A DNA stretch of 64,000 nucleotides from Klebsormidium nitens (Eukaryota > Plantae > Klebsormidiophyceae). The stretch lies in contig DF237373.1 of the NCBI GenBank assembly GCA_000708835.1, positions 15,803-79,802 of the forward strand, read 5' to 3'. The translations under genes were made by a program, and so were the position numbers. Numbering within the stretch: position 1 is the first letter of the stretch; every line of letters starts with the position of its first letter. Under the pieces are notes generated by a model that was not told the origin of the DNA, searched no databases, and worked only from the letters and a program-made list of their open reading frames with translations. This document shows positions 47,514 through 60,113 of this stretch, one piece after another.

Positions 47514-47886
47514 GACACGTGGAGCCTTATGCTTGCAGCAACGACAAGCCGGGCGGTTTGAATCCAAATTCGCGTGAACTCGTCGCCTATATAGGCCCTT
47601 CTTCACATTCGCCTGTACGGTGTACACTGTACAGTACTGTACGGGCACCCCGCACGGAACACCTCCAGGCTCTGGTCCTCTGGTGCCCCTACTGTACCGT
47701 CTGGACTCTGTAGGTCTACAGGTACTACCTGCCGACCTACCGGTCTGTGCCTCAGGTTCTCAGGTGTCGAAATCAGACTGGTAGTCCTACTCCGGGCACT
47801 CACCGGGGCACGGTCTGCCTGGCCGGTGTGCCTGGGATATGGACGGTGTGCTGCTGCTGTGCTGCCTGCATCATGCATGCCATGCA
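47514..47886. promoter_or_regulatory. ABRE/G-box (GACACGTGG, 47514-47522) and RY-like CATGCATGCCATGCA (47872-47886) in the divergent LEA-like promoter
   Basis: Seen: both motifs lie between the ATGs at 46961 (-) and 48210 (+). Knowledge: ABRE plus RY is typical of land-plant LEA promoters. Confidence 0.45.
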
Positions 47887-48209
47887 GCTCAAGCTTGCTT
47901 AGCTGCTGACGTCCTCCTCGGCCTACGGGCAATGCATCATGACTTGCGCGTTCACAGATGATCGCAATCTGGACTTTGGGGCAGCTGAAGGGCTAGGTAG
48001 GATCAGGTTGCGGGCGCCAGAAAGCAGTTGCAAGGATTTGAGGATCAGAGGAGCTTTAGCCTTTCAGGCGGTGGGCGGTCTTCGACCATAGCGTCAGGTC
48101 CTCCTCAGAGCTAGCGAGCTAGAGGAGCGTGTGCAGGGAAGAGAAGGTTTAATCAGCGGTGGTTGGAGTGATTGCGCGAGATTAACTTAGTTACTTTGGG
48201 CCTGGAAGC

Positions 48210-50235
48210 ATGGACACCTCAGTGGCAGTTGCTTGCAGGACCTTGGGAAGCTCAGGTCTTCTGGCGGGTCACCCGCGCAGTGGATGCTCCAGTAGAACTT
48301 CTAGAGATGCAGATTGGAGCCAAAGGCGTAGTCAAGCTTGTAGCAGTTACTCCATGCATGTCCAACAAATGCCGCTGACTGACGCCGCACGGCGCACCAG
48401 CAGCAGACATACCAGCGTGGGTGGCAGGTTGTCAGAAAGGGGCTGCTTAGAGAAGAAGGCGCCTAGAGGTGCAGTGATCACTTGTTCCTTCAGAAAGCAA
48501 TCAGAAGCTGCGGAAGCTCTTCGCATGACATCACAGGTGAGTTGGCGGGTAACCTGATCCCAGTTGCACATTTCATTGGTAACACCATACTGCGGTATGA
48601 TCTTCTCCCCTTCCTTGATTTCTGTGCATGGCCGATTGGCGGGCCAGTGATTGCGATTCCTGAGTCTCTTCAGTTTTCAGTTTTTGTTTATGTCGAGAAG
48701 AAGAAAGCTTCAAGTCTGGTTGCAGCCTGGCAAGGCATCATGGCAGGCTTATGGGACGGTGTCACAGGTTCCTGCAATCACTGGCCAAGTGATCTTGCAG
48801 GATGAAGGAGCTCATTCAAGTGGGCTTTGCTGGTTGTTTATCATCGTTGACTGTTCAGTGTAGGTCCCCATGTTGTCAACATCCTTAGGTTAAGGTTACA
48901 AGTGGCTCAAAAGCGCTTCTGCTTGAACATCAGCAATTAGGCCCGGTGATGTTCCGACTCTGCTAGATCACAAAAGTATCATATGAAACTCTATTAATGC
49001 TGGCTATTCCGCCTCCAGATACGAGTGTCCGAGAGCAGCCTTTCCGTCTTCTTTGAAGCATCTCATATCTTCGAGACTGTTCAAAGGGGATTATTTGATA
49101 TTGGGCAAAAGTTATTGGCTATAAGGTTCTCGTCTGTAATGCACTGCTCACGTTGTGCAATGTACAAATTACGTATGTGTCTATCTATCTTTTCGGAAGA
49201 GCGTCGGAATCTGCTTTTGGTATGGGTCATTCATCTGGGGACTTACTCCGCACCTTCGAATTACTGTAAATGCAGGCAAGGCAACCCGTTTGCTTGCAAC
49301 CCGTCAAAGAGCTTGTTCAGTGCGTCGACCAGAAGGTGCACGATCCGTCCGAGCCAGCCCGTTCTCACTTACCCCAACGGATTGTCTCCCTGATTCTAAG
49401 TCTAGCGCTGTCCCTCGGACCCCTGAGCACGTTCACACCAGCCCATGCAACGGACAGTCCTCAGGTGGTCGGGGCTGCGGGGCTCCAGGACGGTGTAAAG
49501 ACTCTATTAGACGCCACCAAAGACAGTTCGAACGGTCAGGCGAGTGCCGAGTCGGTAGTCAAGAAAGCTCAGGAGCTCAAAGCGAGTGCGTCCGCAGCCA
49601 TAGAGAGAGCGAAGGAGAAGTCAAACAAAGTTCGGAAGGGGACTGCGACTTTGCTTGAGGCAGCGAAAGACGGCCCCGGGGGGAGAAAGGAAGCGGAGCA
49701 AGTGGCGCAGAAAGCGGACGAGCTCAAGGCTCAAACGTCCGAGGGCGTAAGCGCGACATTGGAAAGGGCTTCCAAGGTGAGGGAAGGGGCGAAGCTGCTC
49801 GCGGAGGCCGCCCAAATCGATTTACCGGGGGGTTCTGCGAGGCCGGTTGAGAGTGCTTCGGAGAGTGCTTCAAACAACCGGGGGAAGGAAAAGGAACCGG
49901 ATAGAGAAAGCGGTTCAGGTTCGGTTTCCGAGTCGAACCGTCAGCAGAGTAAAGGGTCGGGAGATTTTGCTGGCGCGTTCAAGGACAAGATAGACAGCCT
50001 GAAGGAGGGGCTTGCGAAGACCCCCGAAGCGATTTCGAAGGGCTCGAAAGGAGCGGTGAAAGAAGAGGCGCCAGCGGGGGTCGAGAAAGGGGTTCGGGGG
50101 GCGGTTAAAGAGGGGGTTACGGGGAGTGTGAAAGAGGGTTTGAGCGGGGCGGTCACGGGCGGCCTGGGAGGGGGCGTGATGGGGAGCGTGATGGGAGCGG
50201 CGAAAGGAGCAGTGTCCGGGGCGCTCGAGAAGTGA
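48210..50235 (+). CDS. Putative thylakoid-lumen-targeted Ala/Lys/Glu/Ser-rich (LEA-like) protein with a Gly-rich C-terminal repeat
   Basis: Seen: probable exon 1 at 48210-48536 (transit-like, VITCS, donor CAG|GTGAGT) and exon 2 at 49276-50235 (hydrophobic IVSLILSLALSLGPL followed by AHA, then helical A/K/E-rich sequence and GxVKEG 8-mers). Exon 1 is inferred. A small exon near 48725-48766 is possible. Confidence 0.68.
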
Positions 50236-51369
50236 GGACATGTAAGAAATGATGACAAATGCCTTGCAGGTTTGTCAGATATGTACAAGCTAAAGCAGGA
50301 AGCATCACAGTCAAAAAGTTCCTACAGTAGATGCGTCAAAAAGAGAGACGAGTGAGACAATAATATACTGGCCGGTCCCGTGGCCGGTTTGCAAATTAAG
50401 TTCGTAAGCCTGGCTACAGATTTTTTAGGAAGATTTGCTCAAAGCACTGGAACGGCTAACATTGTAAAGATTTCATTTTTGATTTACAACTACTCCTTTT
50501 CCTCTTCCTCTGACAAGTCGCTCTTCACGATCTTGGTGAAGTTTGTGAAATTTTCCGTGTCGCTGATTTTCCGTTGGGTTGAATTCAATGTAGAAAATTG
50601 CCTTCTCATAGTCTGATCTGCGACCTACCTGCTCAAGACGATAACTTGGAGGAGTCTAACCAATCATTTCTGCTAGTCTGCTTCTGCGACCTACTCTCTT
50701 GGACCCAGCTATTCGTTCTTCCTCTGCCTCTTGTCTTCTTGAATCCTCGAGATCGAAAGGATTAAAAAGGCGAACTGTCGAAGCTGGGAGGAAAGCACTT
50801 CGACTCGCCTTCTTGGTGGCAGCATAAGCGCGGCGGTTGGATATCGAACGAACAAATTCTGCCCTATTATAAGGATTTTCTGGTGATGATTTTGTCTGAT
50901 ACTCACCCATCGTCTACGTGCCCTTAATTTCAGTAATTTCGTCTGCTTTATAATCAGTGGCATTTGACTTGATCTCCATATGTTCACATCCAGCAGTTGC
51001 TCACTTCATGCTGTTTTTGTCTGGGACTTGCAAAGGCCGAGGTTCCAAGTATCTTGTGAAAGAGAAACGAGGACCTGCTCCAGAGCCTGTCGTGTTATTG
51101 AAAGACGTCCCGTTACATTGCATACATGAAGTTCTGTGTTCAACAGTGAAAAAGTGAAAACAGTGAAAGTTAGGGTTCTAGTCTATCGTAATCCTAAACG
51201 CCTGTAGAGAATGGATCATCCTATACCGTCGATCCCCTCTACGTACCTTCTCCTGTTTGAACCGTCCGATCGTTGTCAAAATGTCGGCCGGCGTACCGGG
51301 CAACATTGGTTTCCGGGACCGGTATCGTACCGCGTCTCGATCTCTGCATGCAGCCCCTCTGTGCGTTTT

Positions 51370-51446
51370 ACGTGGCGCACTCTGCGCCCGCCTGATGTGG
51401 CTAACGTTTTGCTGATTGGCGGGCGCTGGCGACGAATGCATGCATG
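51370..51446 (+). promoter_or_regulatory. ABRE core ACGTGGC (51370-51376) and RY element CATGCATG (51439-51446)
   Basis: Seen 340-415 bp upstream of the ATG at 51784 of the large LEA-like gene. Confidence 0.45.
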
Positions 51447-51783
51447 ACGGATGCAGCCCCCATTGCCAGCTCATCCTCAGAACAGATGCACTTTGATTCT
51501 CAAAGATCCTCGTCACTGGTTTAGGTATGTTCAGTCGCATTGCAGTTTGCAGCTCTGAGCTCATCTGTTGACTCTTTCATTTGAGAAGAAGAGGAAGAAG
51601 ACTGCTTCAAGATTGCAGAATTCACCAAACATTGCTTCCACCACTAAGATCTTCACCCTCAGCACCTCCCTCCATCTTGCAACCACCAATTCGTACCACC
51701 TTTCACTGAGTCAGCTCAATCTTGTCTGCAATACTGCGCACACATTGCCAATTGTAGAGTCTGATCACTTCGAGCGAATCATC

Positions 51784-54700
51784 ATGGCTTCCACTATCTC
51801 CACTGCATCCATCAACATGGTGGCACCCGCAGGGGTTGCGAGCAGGGTGACCTCCTCAAGCCAGAGCATTTCTAGCACTGCTGCATTGGCACCTTGCACC
51901 AGAACCTTCAAGGCCAGCAGGAGAACTCTCCCTGCGGTAAGCCAGCGGCCTGGTTCAATGAGGTTACAATTCCAAACTCGAAGATGCTCTGCTTGAGATA
52001 AGAAGTGGTGAATTGTGATTGCATTGGACATGTATGTGCAACTTGCGCAGAAAGTGGTTATTGACTTGATAAGCTCTCAAGGATGGCAGTAAACAGATGC
52101 ACTGGGGAAGGAAGTTGTAACGGTCAGTGCAGTGAAGCAGATGGTGGTGGTGGCTTTGAAGGAAGTGAGAGTTGCAATGTAACAGTGGGGATGAAGTTGA
52201 AAGCTTGAAGACAACTGTGGTGATTGGCCAAGCTCTATAACATGATCACATGTACCAGAAATGGTATGTAACATACAGGTTGCATTGATTGATAGATGAT
52301 TGCAGAGTAACTGCATACAGTCTAGTCATCAGCTGTGACGAAGTTGGAGATTGTGGTTGTCCTTTCCACCATTCTCCATTGTCACTTTTCTGTACAGTTT
52401 ACGAAGCGTTACTCTCAAGTTTAGATTAGTAGCCCTTGGATGTCTTGTCTTCTTTTCAAGGGCGTCGGAGCTCTATTCTTGACAGACTGGGCGCCAGTCC
52501 TTTGTAGAGATTTGCAAAGGCCAGTGTAGCATAAAGCTGTGACAAGTCTTGTCCAGGATAATCAGCCCTAGCAGCTCGAGTTCTCACTGAGCCAAAACGA
52601 TGACATCCTGAGCTCAACAATTACATTTAAGCACAAGTCATCCTTATAACAAGGCCATTTTTAGCAAGTCTTTCTAGTTCACAATGTGCTGAGAAAGAAG
52701 AAACCTCACCCCTTGGCAAGGTTCGACTTCAGTACACTGCTGTTTCTGTACTATCTCACAGAGAGTACAGCTCTGCAGCCGGCCCTCCATAAGCTCTGAA
52801 AATGAAGTTCCCCAGTAGCAGCCTGGCAACGTTTGGAGATCCCATTTGCATGCACAGTTTGACTCACCCACTCAGCAAACCAAACCAATCCTTCTCCAGC
52901 TTCCCCGAAGCCATCATTGCAAGAACGACCTTTCACCTTACATTCCCTCATGCCTCATTCCTCTCTCCAATCTACATAGTGCAGCTGACAAACCCAATGC
53001 TCTTCTCGCTTACGGTCTGTCACCAGTATCAGCCCCAATCTTGATACCAATTTAAGTGTATGTCATCCCTCCACTTTTCAGGTCCGCGCCTCTGCCTCCC
53101 AGGAGAAGCGGTCTGGCCCCGCTCAGCTCCTTGCGGGCTTGGGAGCTGCCGCCCTCATTGCCAGCAGCGGAGTGAACCCTGAGGCTGCCAATGCCGCCTG
53201 GGTGCCCCGCCCCTCTATCCAGGAGAAGGTCGAGGACGCGTCTCCCAAGGAGGCTATCAAGGTTGTCAGGGACGTGTTTGGAAATATCAAGGATGACGCC
53301 AGCTCCGCTGCCAAAGATCTGCAGGTGAGTTGTTTGCTGTCACAAAAAGGTTTGATGTTGCTTCCTCTTGTCAAGCAAGTGTCCATCATGAACACGAAAA
53401 GGTGTGAGAATGGAGATGTTGAACTGAGCTTGGAATAGCATTCTGTACTCTCTTATGCCAGCATGAGGATTGCTTAGGTAAATAGAGGAGAAACCAGCGG
53501 TTCTATAAGAAGGCAGAAGGAGGTTCAAGTGCGAAAGCATTCAACCTCCCCGAGATGGGGTATATCCTTGTCTTCGCAGCCATCCTGAGCAAGCTCCTCT
53601 CCTTTTTCCAGGCCCAGGCCCCCTCCCCCTCCTTCAGCTTCCCCAACCCCTTCGCCAGCAACCCCCTCGACCAGGCCAAGGATGCTGCACAGAGCGCTGA
53701 CCGCACAGCCAAGGACACCGCCAAATCCGCCCTCGGTTCCAACCCCCTGAACAAGGCCAAGAACATTGCTCAGAGCGCCGACTCTCAGGCCAAGAGCGCG
53801 GCCAAGGACGCGGACAGGTCTGCCAAGAACATCTTCGGGTTGCCGTCTAACCCCCTTGCGGGTTTGGGGGATAAGGTGCAGGGCAGCGCTGAGCAGGCAA
53901 AGGGCGGGGTCAAGGAGGCGGTTGGGAGCGTAACCGGGTCTAACCCTGTGGCTGGAGGAAAGAACATTCTGGGTCAGGCTGTTGACAAGGTGCAGGGCAA
54001 TGCCGAGCAGGTGAGACACATCTTTCACATTGAACCTTCTTTCAATGATCCTGAGTGATTGACTTGTCTGGTCACCAAAGTGTATTTTCCCAGGCCTTTT
54101 GAGAGTCTCGAACGAAACATGAGATTTACACTTACAAAGAGACAACACGCAGAAGCGCGAGCAGTACAACAAAATTCGGAAAGTTAAGAGGCCATTGCAA
54201 TAGTCGCCTCTGCTGGTATTCGTTCGTCTCAGTCGAGGAAGTAAATTCGTTGGAGCAGCTCGACGTGAGAAGTACCAAGGTTTACTGCACATGGTATGGG
54301 AACCAAGCGGCGCCGGCTGACGTTTCGTGTTCAATTTAAGCTAAAGAACCACCTCGTGAGTTGAGGCAATCAAGTCATTTCGAAAACGGTATGCTGGTCA
54401 CGACTCACCAGGAACGAAACCCTCACCTTAGACCGCAATTCCTGCGCAGACCAAGGGCGAGGCCAAAGGCCTGTTCTCCTCCAACCCCTTCAGCGGTGCC
54501 GCCAACAAGGTCGCCGGTGCAGCCCAGGAGGCCCGCAGTGACGCCACCGGCGCCGTTGCTGACGTCACTGGTGCCAAACCCCTTGACGCCGCCAAGAACT
54601 CCGTTTCTTCCGCCGTGGACAAGCTAACCGGAACGCTCCGGGAGGCGCAGGGCGAGGCCAAGAGCAAGCTGCCCCTGGGGATTGCTGGGTTGAACGACAA

Positions 54701-57700
54701 GGTGACGGGCAGTGTCAAGGAGGCTGGGGCGAACGTCAGGGACGCGGTTAGCAGCGTGACCGGAGCTAACCCGGTTGACGGCGGGAAGAACCTGGTGAAC
54801 CAGGCTGCGGACAAGGCCTCCGGATCCGCTAAGGAGGTGAGCACGTGAGATTTTCTCTGTCAGTTGCACATGCGAATCCTTTCGCAAACATTGCTGGTCG
54901 ACGAGGCTGTGACTTTCTTTCTAGTACTTACTTGTCTTTGAGGATGATATGACATATCTTCTGGGGTCTCGAAGGTCTTCCAAACACGTTTCGATACACA
55001 AGGAAGCTGTGTTCCTAATCGTGAACGTCGTTATACGTTGTTGACGGGCCGCGTTCTCCTTTACAATCTGCTTGGAATTATAAGCTTCACCGTGTTGAAA
55101 GTAGATTGCCTCCTCGTCAAGGTTTGCACCCGCCAGTAAGCATCTTACCCTACTCCGCAGCTTCCCCGAGTTTTTTCTGATCATTGTTATGCACGGTTGC
55201 AGGCCGTCGGTGACTCGAAGGGCCTGTTCAGCAGCAACCCTCTGTCCGGCCTTGGCGACAAGCTGAGCGGCGCGGTCCAGGGCGCTGCTGGCGATGCGCG
55301 CGGCCTGGTGGGCGATGCCACGGGCAGCAACCCCATCGACGCCGCCAAGAACGCCGTTAACTCTACGACCGACCGCTTGAGCGGTGCTGCCAACAAGGCC
55401 CAGGGCGAAATCAAGGCGCAGGGGAGCAAGCTGCCCCTAGGAATTGCCGGGTTGAACGAGAAGGTGACGAGCGCTGCCAAGGAGGCCGGGGTGAACGTCC
55501 GGGACGCCGTTAGCGATGTGACCGGTTCTAACCCGGTTGACGGTGGGAAGAACCTGGTGAACCAGGCTGCGGACAAGGCCTCCGGATCCGCTAAGGAGGT
55601 GAGCACAAGGAAATTTTTCTCTTTGTCGCCCCTGGCAATCCGTCTCCACACCGTTGAAGGAGGTATTTTGTGTCTTTCATCATGCAAGAAAGTCGTGGTT
55701 CCCAAGCTACATTGCCGAGTGTGGGCAGACAACTAATCAACAACTTGAAGATGATACACCCCCGTCGGCGGGTCATCTTTTCAAACCTGCTTGGACGCAC
55801 AGGTCTTTAGAGTCAGAAAGTCCCCGCCCTTTGCATCAGCTTCTCATCAACGCCTGTAGCGCTCAAAAACAACCAAGCTCTGTATCTTTGACCGACTCCG
55901 CAGCTTCGTACTTCGCTGACCGTCACCTCGCACGATTGTAGGCCGTCGGCGAGTCCAAGGGCCTGTTCAGCAGCAACCCTCTGTCCGGTCTGGGTGACAA
56001 ATTGAGCGGCGCGGTCCAGGGCGCTGCCGGCGACGCGCGCGGCCTGGTGGGTGACGCCACGGGCAGCAACCCCATCGACGCCGCTAAGAACGCCGTTGAC
56101 TCTACGACCGACCGCTTGAGCGGTGCCGCCGATAAGGCGCAGGGCGAGATCAAGGCGCAGGGAAGCAAGTTGCCCCTCGGGTTTGCGGGTTTGAACGAGA
56201 AGGTGTCGGGCGCTGCCAAGGACGCCGGGGCGAACGTTAAGGACGCGGTCAGCGACGTTGCGGGGGCTAACCCGGTCGATGGCGGCAAGAACGCGCTGAG
56301 CGGGGCGCTCGACAAGGCTTCCGGGTCGGCTAAGGAGGTGAGGCCAAGATTCTATAGCCGATACATGCTTGAGATGAATCACAAACCCTCGACTTTGAAA
56401 TTATTTCGCGGAATCCGCTCAGTGTGATCAACTTTGCATCTTTTTGTGAATCTTACTTCGACAGCGGTTGCTGTCGGTCCCGGTACGCCCATAGCGAAGG
56501 GAGCGTTGCATATAGATTTGTCCAGTCATCGTTGGCATCTCTCTCTTCGAACTCAGTCGCTCGGGAATGTGCAGGTTGGTGGTCGGTGGTTTTATCTTCC
56601 AATGTGAATGCCCCAATTCGTATCGCTCAAATGACCTTCACAGTGCCTTGGATCCGAAGTTCAGAAATTCCTCGCACCGCGGCGTGCCATACTTGGAATG
56701 AAAGCTTCGGGTTTTTGAATCTTGGTTATCTCCTTCTATGCCCTGGAGAACCAAAGGATTCAAATCGGTACACGAAAATTTCCAATCCAAATCTCGGCAT
56801 TGATACTGCGGACGTCCGTTTTGTGTGCAGACTTTGGGCGAGTCCAAGGGCCTGTTCAGCAGCAACCCTCTGTCCGGCCTGGGGGACAAGGTGAGCGGCG
56901 CGGTCCAGGGCGCGGCCGGTGATGCGCGCAGCCTGGTGGGCGATGTGACCGGCAGCAACCCCATCGACGCTGCCAAGAACGCCGTCGACTCCGCGACCGA
57001 CCGCGCGAGCGGTGCTGCCGACAAGGCTCAGGGCGCAATCAAGGCGCAGGGGAGCAAGCTGCCCCTCGGCTTTGCCGGCTTGAACGAGAAGGTGTCTGGT
57101 GCCGCTAAGGACGCTGGGGCGAACGTTAAGGACGCCGTTAGCGACGTGGCTGGGGCTAACCCCGTCGACGGCGGGAAGAACGCACTGAGCGGTGCGCTCG
57201 ACAAAGTCTCCGGGTCGGCTAAGGAGGTGAGGGCTTCATTTTTGGTGCTTGCTCTTCAAATTGTTCAAGAAAAGCGGGCGACGCCTAGAAATTTTTCTTT
57301 TCCCATGAACGGAACACAACATTCTAAACGTCGCCCGCTTTCCAAGTTGCCTTGTGGTAGAACCTGAATCTCACTTGCTGATGGTAGCGCTTGCACCTGA
57401 TGCTGAGCCTGACATAGTACTATAAATATATGGACTTGTCTTTCCAAAAAGTCCATATGTTTTTAGTGGCGAGGATGTCGGTTCCTTTCGGCTCTGCCTT
57501 TCAGCCGCCTTTGATGGGATCCGTCTCGGATCGCACTTCAAATAGCCGTGTGATCTGTCAACACTTTGAAATAAAAATTTGTGAAATAAAAATTTGTGCA
57601 TCTTGGAGTGTGTCCAAATTACACCTTTCTCCTACTTGGATCTGGACATTTCAATCTTCGTCCGTCCTGCCGACTGCGCTCGGAATGCAAGTAGGCCAAG

Positions 57701-59300
57701 CTTGAAACAATATAGAATTTGTGGGATGCCGAGCAGTAGAGATAAAGGTTGTGCACTTTGGATCCGGCTTTCCTCTCCGCTTTTATCTTCACAATCAATG
57801 CTTCAAAGCTCAATTCCCCGCCTCGTCGTAATTCGCTGGTGTGATAAGCTTTGAAGTACGATAGATTGAAGTGCTGCGCCACTTGTTGATCATTCTCCCA
57901 GTCGCTTTGCAGACTGTCGGCGAGTCCAAGGGCCTGTTCAGCAGCAACCCTCTGTCTGGCCTGGGCGATAAGGTGAGCGGCGCTGTCCAGGGCGCGGCCG
58001 GCGACGTGCGCGGCGCGATTGGTGATGCCACGGGGAGCAACCCCATTGACGCCGCCAAGAACGTCGTTGACTCCGCGACCGACCGCGCGAGCGGCGCTGC
58101 CGACAAGGTTCAGGGCGAGATCAAGGCGCAGGGGAGCAGACTGCCCCTGGGGATTGCCGGGCTTGGGGATAAGGTGTCTGGGACCGCGAAGCAGGCGCAG
58201 GGCGAGGCGCGGGACATCTTGGGAAAGGTGACCGGGCAGAACCCGGTGGCCGGAGGAAAGAACATCCTGGGGCAGGCGGTGGACAAGGGCGTTGGGTCGG
58301 CTAAGCAGGTGAGAGAAAGCGCAGATCTTGGGGGTGAAGTCAATTCGAGCTGCGGGATTTGGAGCTCCGAGCGCGCAGACGTTGCAACGTCTGCGCCCCT
58401 GCAGAATGCTCCGATTCCTTTGTCGCTTGTCGTGTTCCGACACAAAAGCTCATTGCTTCTCTGCAACGCACGGGAAGTTGCGTGGGAGTTTCTTCGCGCC
58501 TCCTAGGAAGAGGCACAGAATCAATTGACCGGCAAATAGCATGAAGCAATTGGCCGATCAGGAGCCGCAGTCCGGCTTTCTGGTCCACAAGGATTGCGTT
58601 GAACAACCGACTCTCCAACCAGTACCGAGCTCTTATCATTTTCTCTACAGACTGTTGGCAAGGCCAAGAACCTGGCCAGCTCCAACCCCCTCGCCGGCGC
58701 GGCCGACCGCGTCGCGGGCGCCGCCCAGGAGACACGTGGCAACGCCAGAGACATCCTAGGAAAGGCCGTCGGCGCAAACCCCATTGACGCTGCCAAGAAC
58801 ACCGTTGCGTCCGCTGCGGACAGGGCAACCGGGACCGCGCAGCGGGCATCCGGAGATGTCAAGGGTGCTCTCGGCGGGTTTGACATTCGGGTAAGAGTCT
58901 CGACGTTTACTGGTCAAGTATGAGATTCGAAGACCTCGTCATGATTCGAAGACGAAGACAGATGGTTTCGGCAGAAGGCCGGTTGGATAAAAAACATTTC
59001 GCTTCGTAGAGCACGAACCTTTCTGTCGACCTGAAAGCGGATTAAAACGTCTTCTTCGGTGAATGTGTCCAAAACTTGGTCTTCAAATTGCGGACTTGAC
59101 GCTTCTGATGTTCTGCGCTGCGCCATCTTCTGAAAATCGATTGTTGTTCCTGATGAGTGGTTTGGACAGTTTTCTCACGATGAGTCCTTCTTTCGCAGGA
59201 CTCCATTGGCGAGGCGCAGAAGAAGGCCGGTGATATTGCCGACGCTGTGACCCCCAACGGGTCGCAAGTTGAGAAGTTTTTCGACGGCAAGAACTTGTAG
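51784..59300 (+). CDS. Large plastid/lumen-targeted LEA-like tandem-repeat protein, about 1035 aa, 10 phase-0 exons
   Basis: Seen: exons 51784-51936, 53082-53324, 53612-54010, 54450-54836, 55203-55598, 55942-56337, 56831-57226, 57913-58308, 58651-58890, 59199-59300 (TAG). Transit peptide, then KR, a hydrophobic stretch LLAGLGAAALIA and AANA. Repeats are delimited by SNP/SKLP. Four exons are exactly 396 nt. Confidence 0.85.
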
Positions 59301-60077
59301 TCTGCTCCATGTGGCTGTCGCATGCGACCATGCGCATAATTTTGGCGTGCAAGTCTAGCTTGTCAAGGTTGGTGTGCTCTTTCAGAGCCGTTGTACTTGC
59401 AAATAAGTATAGACACTGCGTGTATCAATACTGAGTGTTGAGAATAACGTGATATATCTTACTGAGCGAGAACGTCAATAAACAGCAGAGATTTGTGTTG
59501 TGTAATTTCGTGTAACTCTTAAAAATCTAATACGGGTTGTGTTTTTGACAGAAAAAGTTCGACAAATCAACTTCTAACTTCAGCACAATATATGGAATGT
59601 TCTCATCATTAGGCCCTTTGACAGCAATGCACCCAAACGTCCAATTTTAGTATGCCCTGATGATGTAAGTATCAGTGGAGGGATACATATGTTCGCCGAT
59701 ATTGCACAGACATGCAACTCGTTACAGTTGGCTTACATTTGGTCTTGATATGATGGAAAGCAACAAACTTTGCATCGCACTTGACTTACACACAACGATC
59801 ATGACTTATACGACCGACCGTCGGTTTGTGCTGGCATGCAGCACGACGCTAATATCCTGTTTAAGTGGTACGCTTACTAGCTCTTCATAGGTAGTTTTCA
59901 GCTACAGATCGAAATCAATTATGAACAAACTGGCGTAGACCGCGCTCGCAAGTAAAAATGGGATCGAAGTGTTTGCTGTATCAACTAGGCAGCCCAAGCG
60001 AGACACAAGAACTCAAAGATCAAATGTAAACAACCAGGTGCATTCAGAACAGTGACTGTCATTGTCGAGCTGCGCTA

Positions 60078-60113
60078 GTACGTAATACGTAGTACGTACG
60101 TAATACGTAGTAC
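60078..60113. repeat. Perfect 18-bp tandem duplication GTACGTAATACGTAGTAC x2
   Basis: Seen directly at 60078-60095 and 60096-60113, in the convergent spacer between the large LEA-like gene and the BUZ gene. Confidence 0.9.

Noticed and set aside
54428-58886. Repeated - strand ORFs antisense to the large LEA-like gene
   Set aside because: Same antisense shadow effect. The splice signals and transit peptide support the + strand.
43129-59300. Regularly spaced repeats as a CRISPR array or satellite
   Set aside because: The repeats are 200-400-nt coding exons with splice sites in a eukaryotic genome. There are no cas genes and no repeat-spacer pattern.
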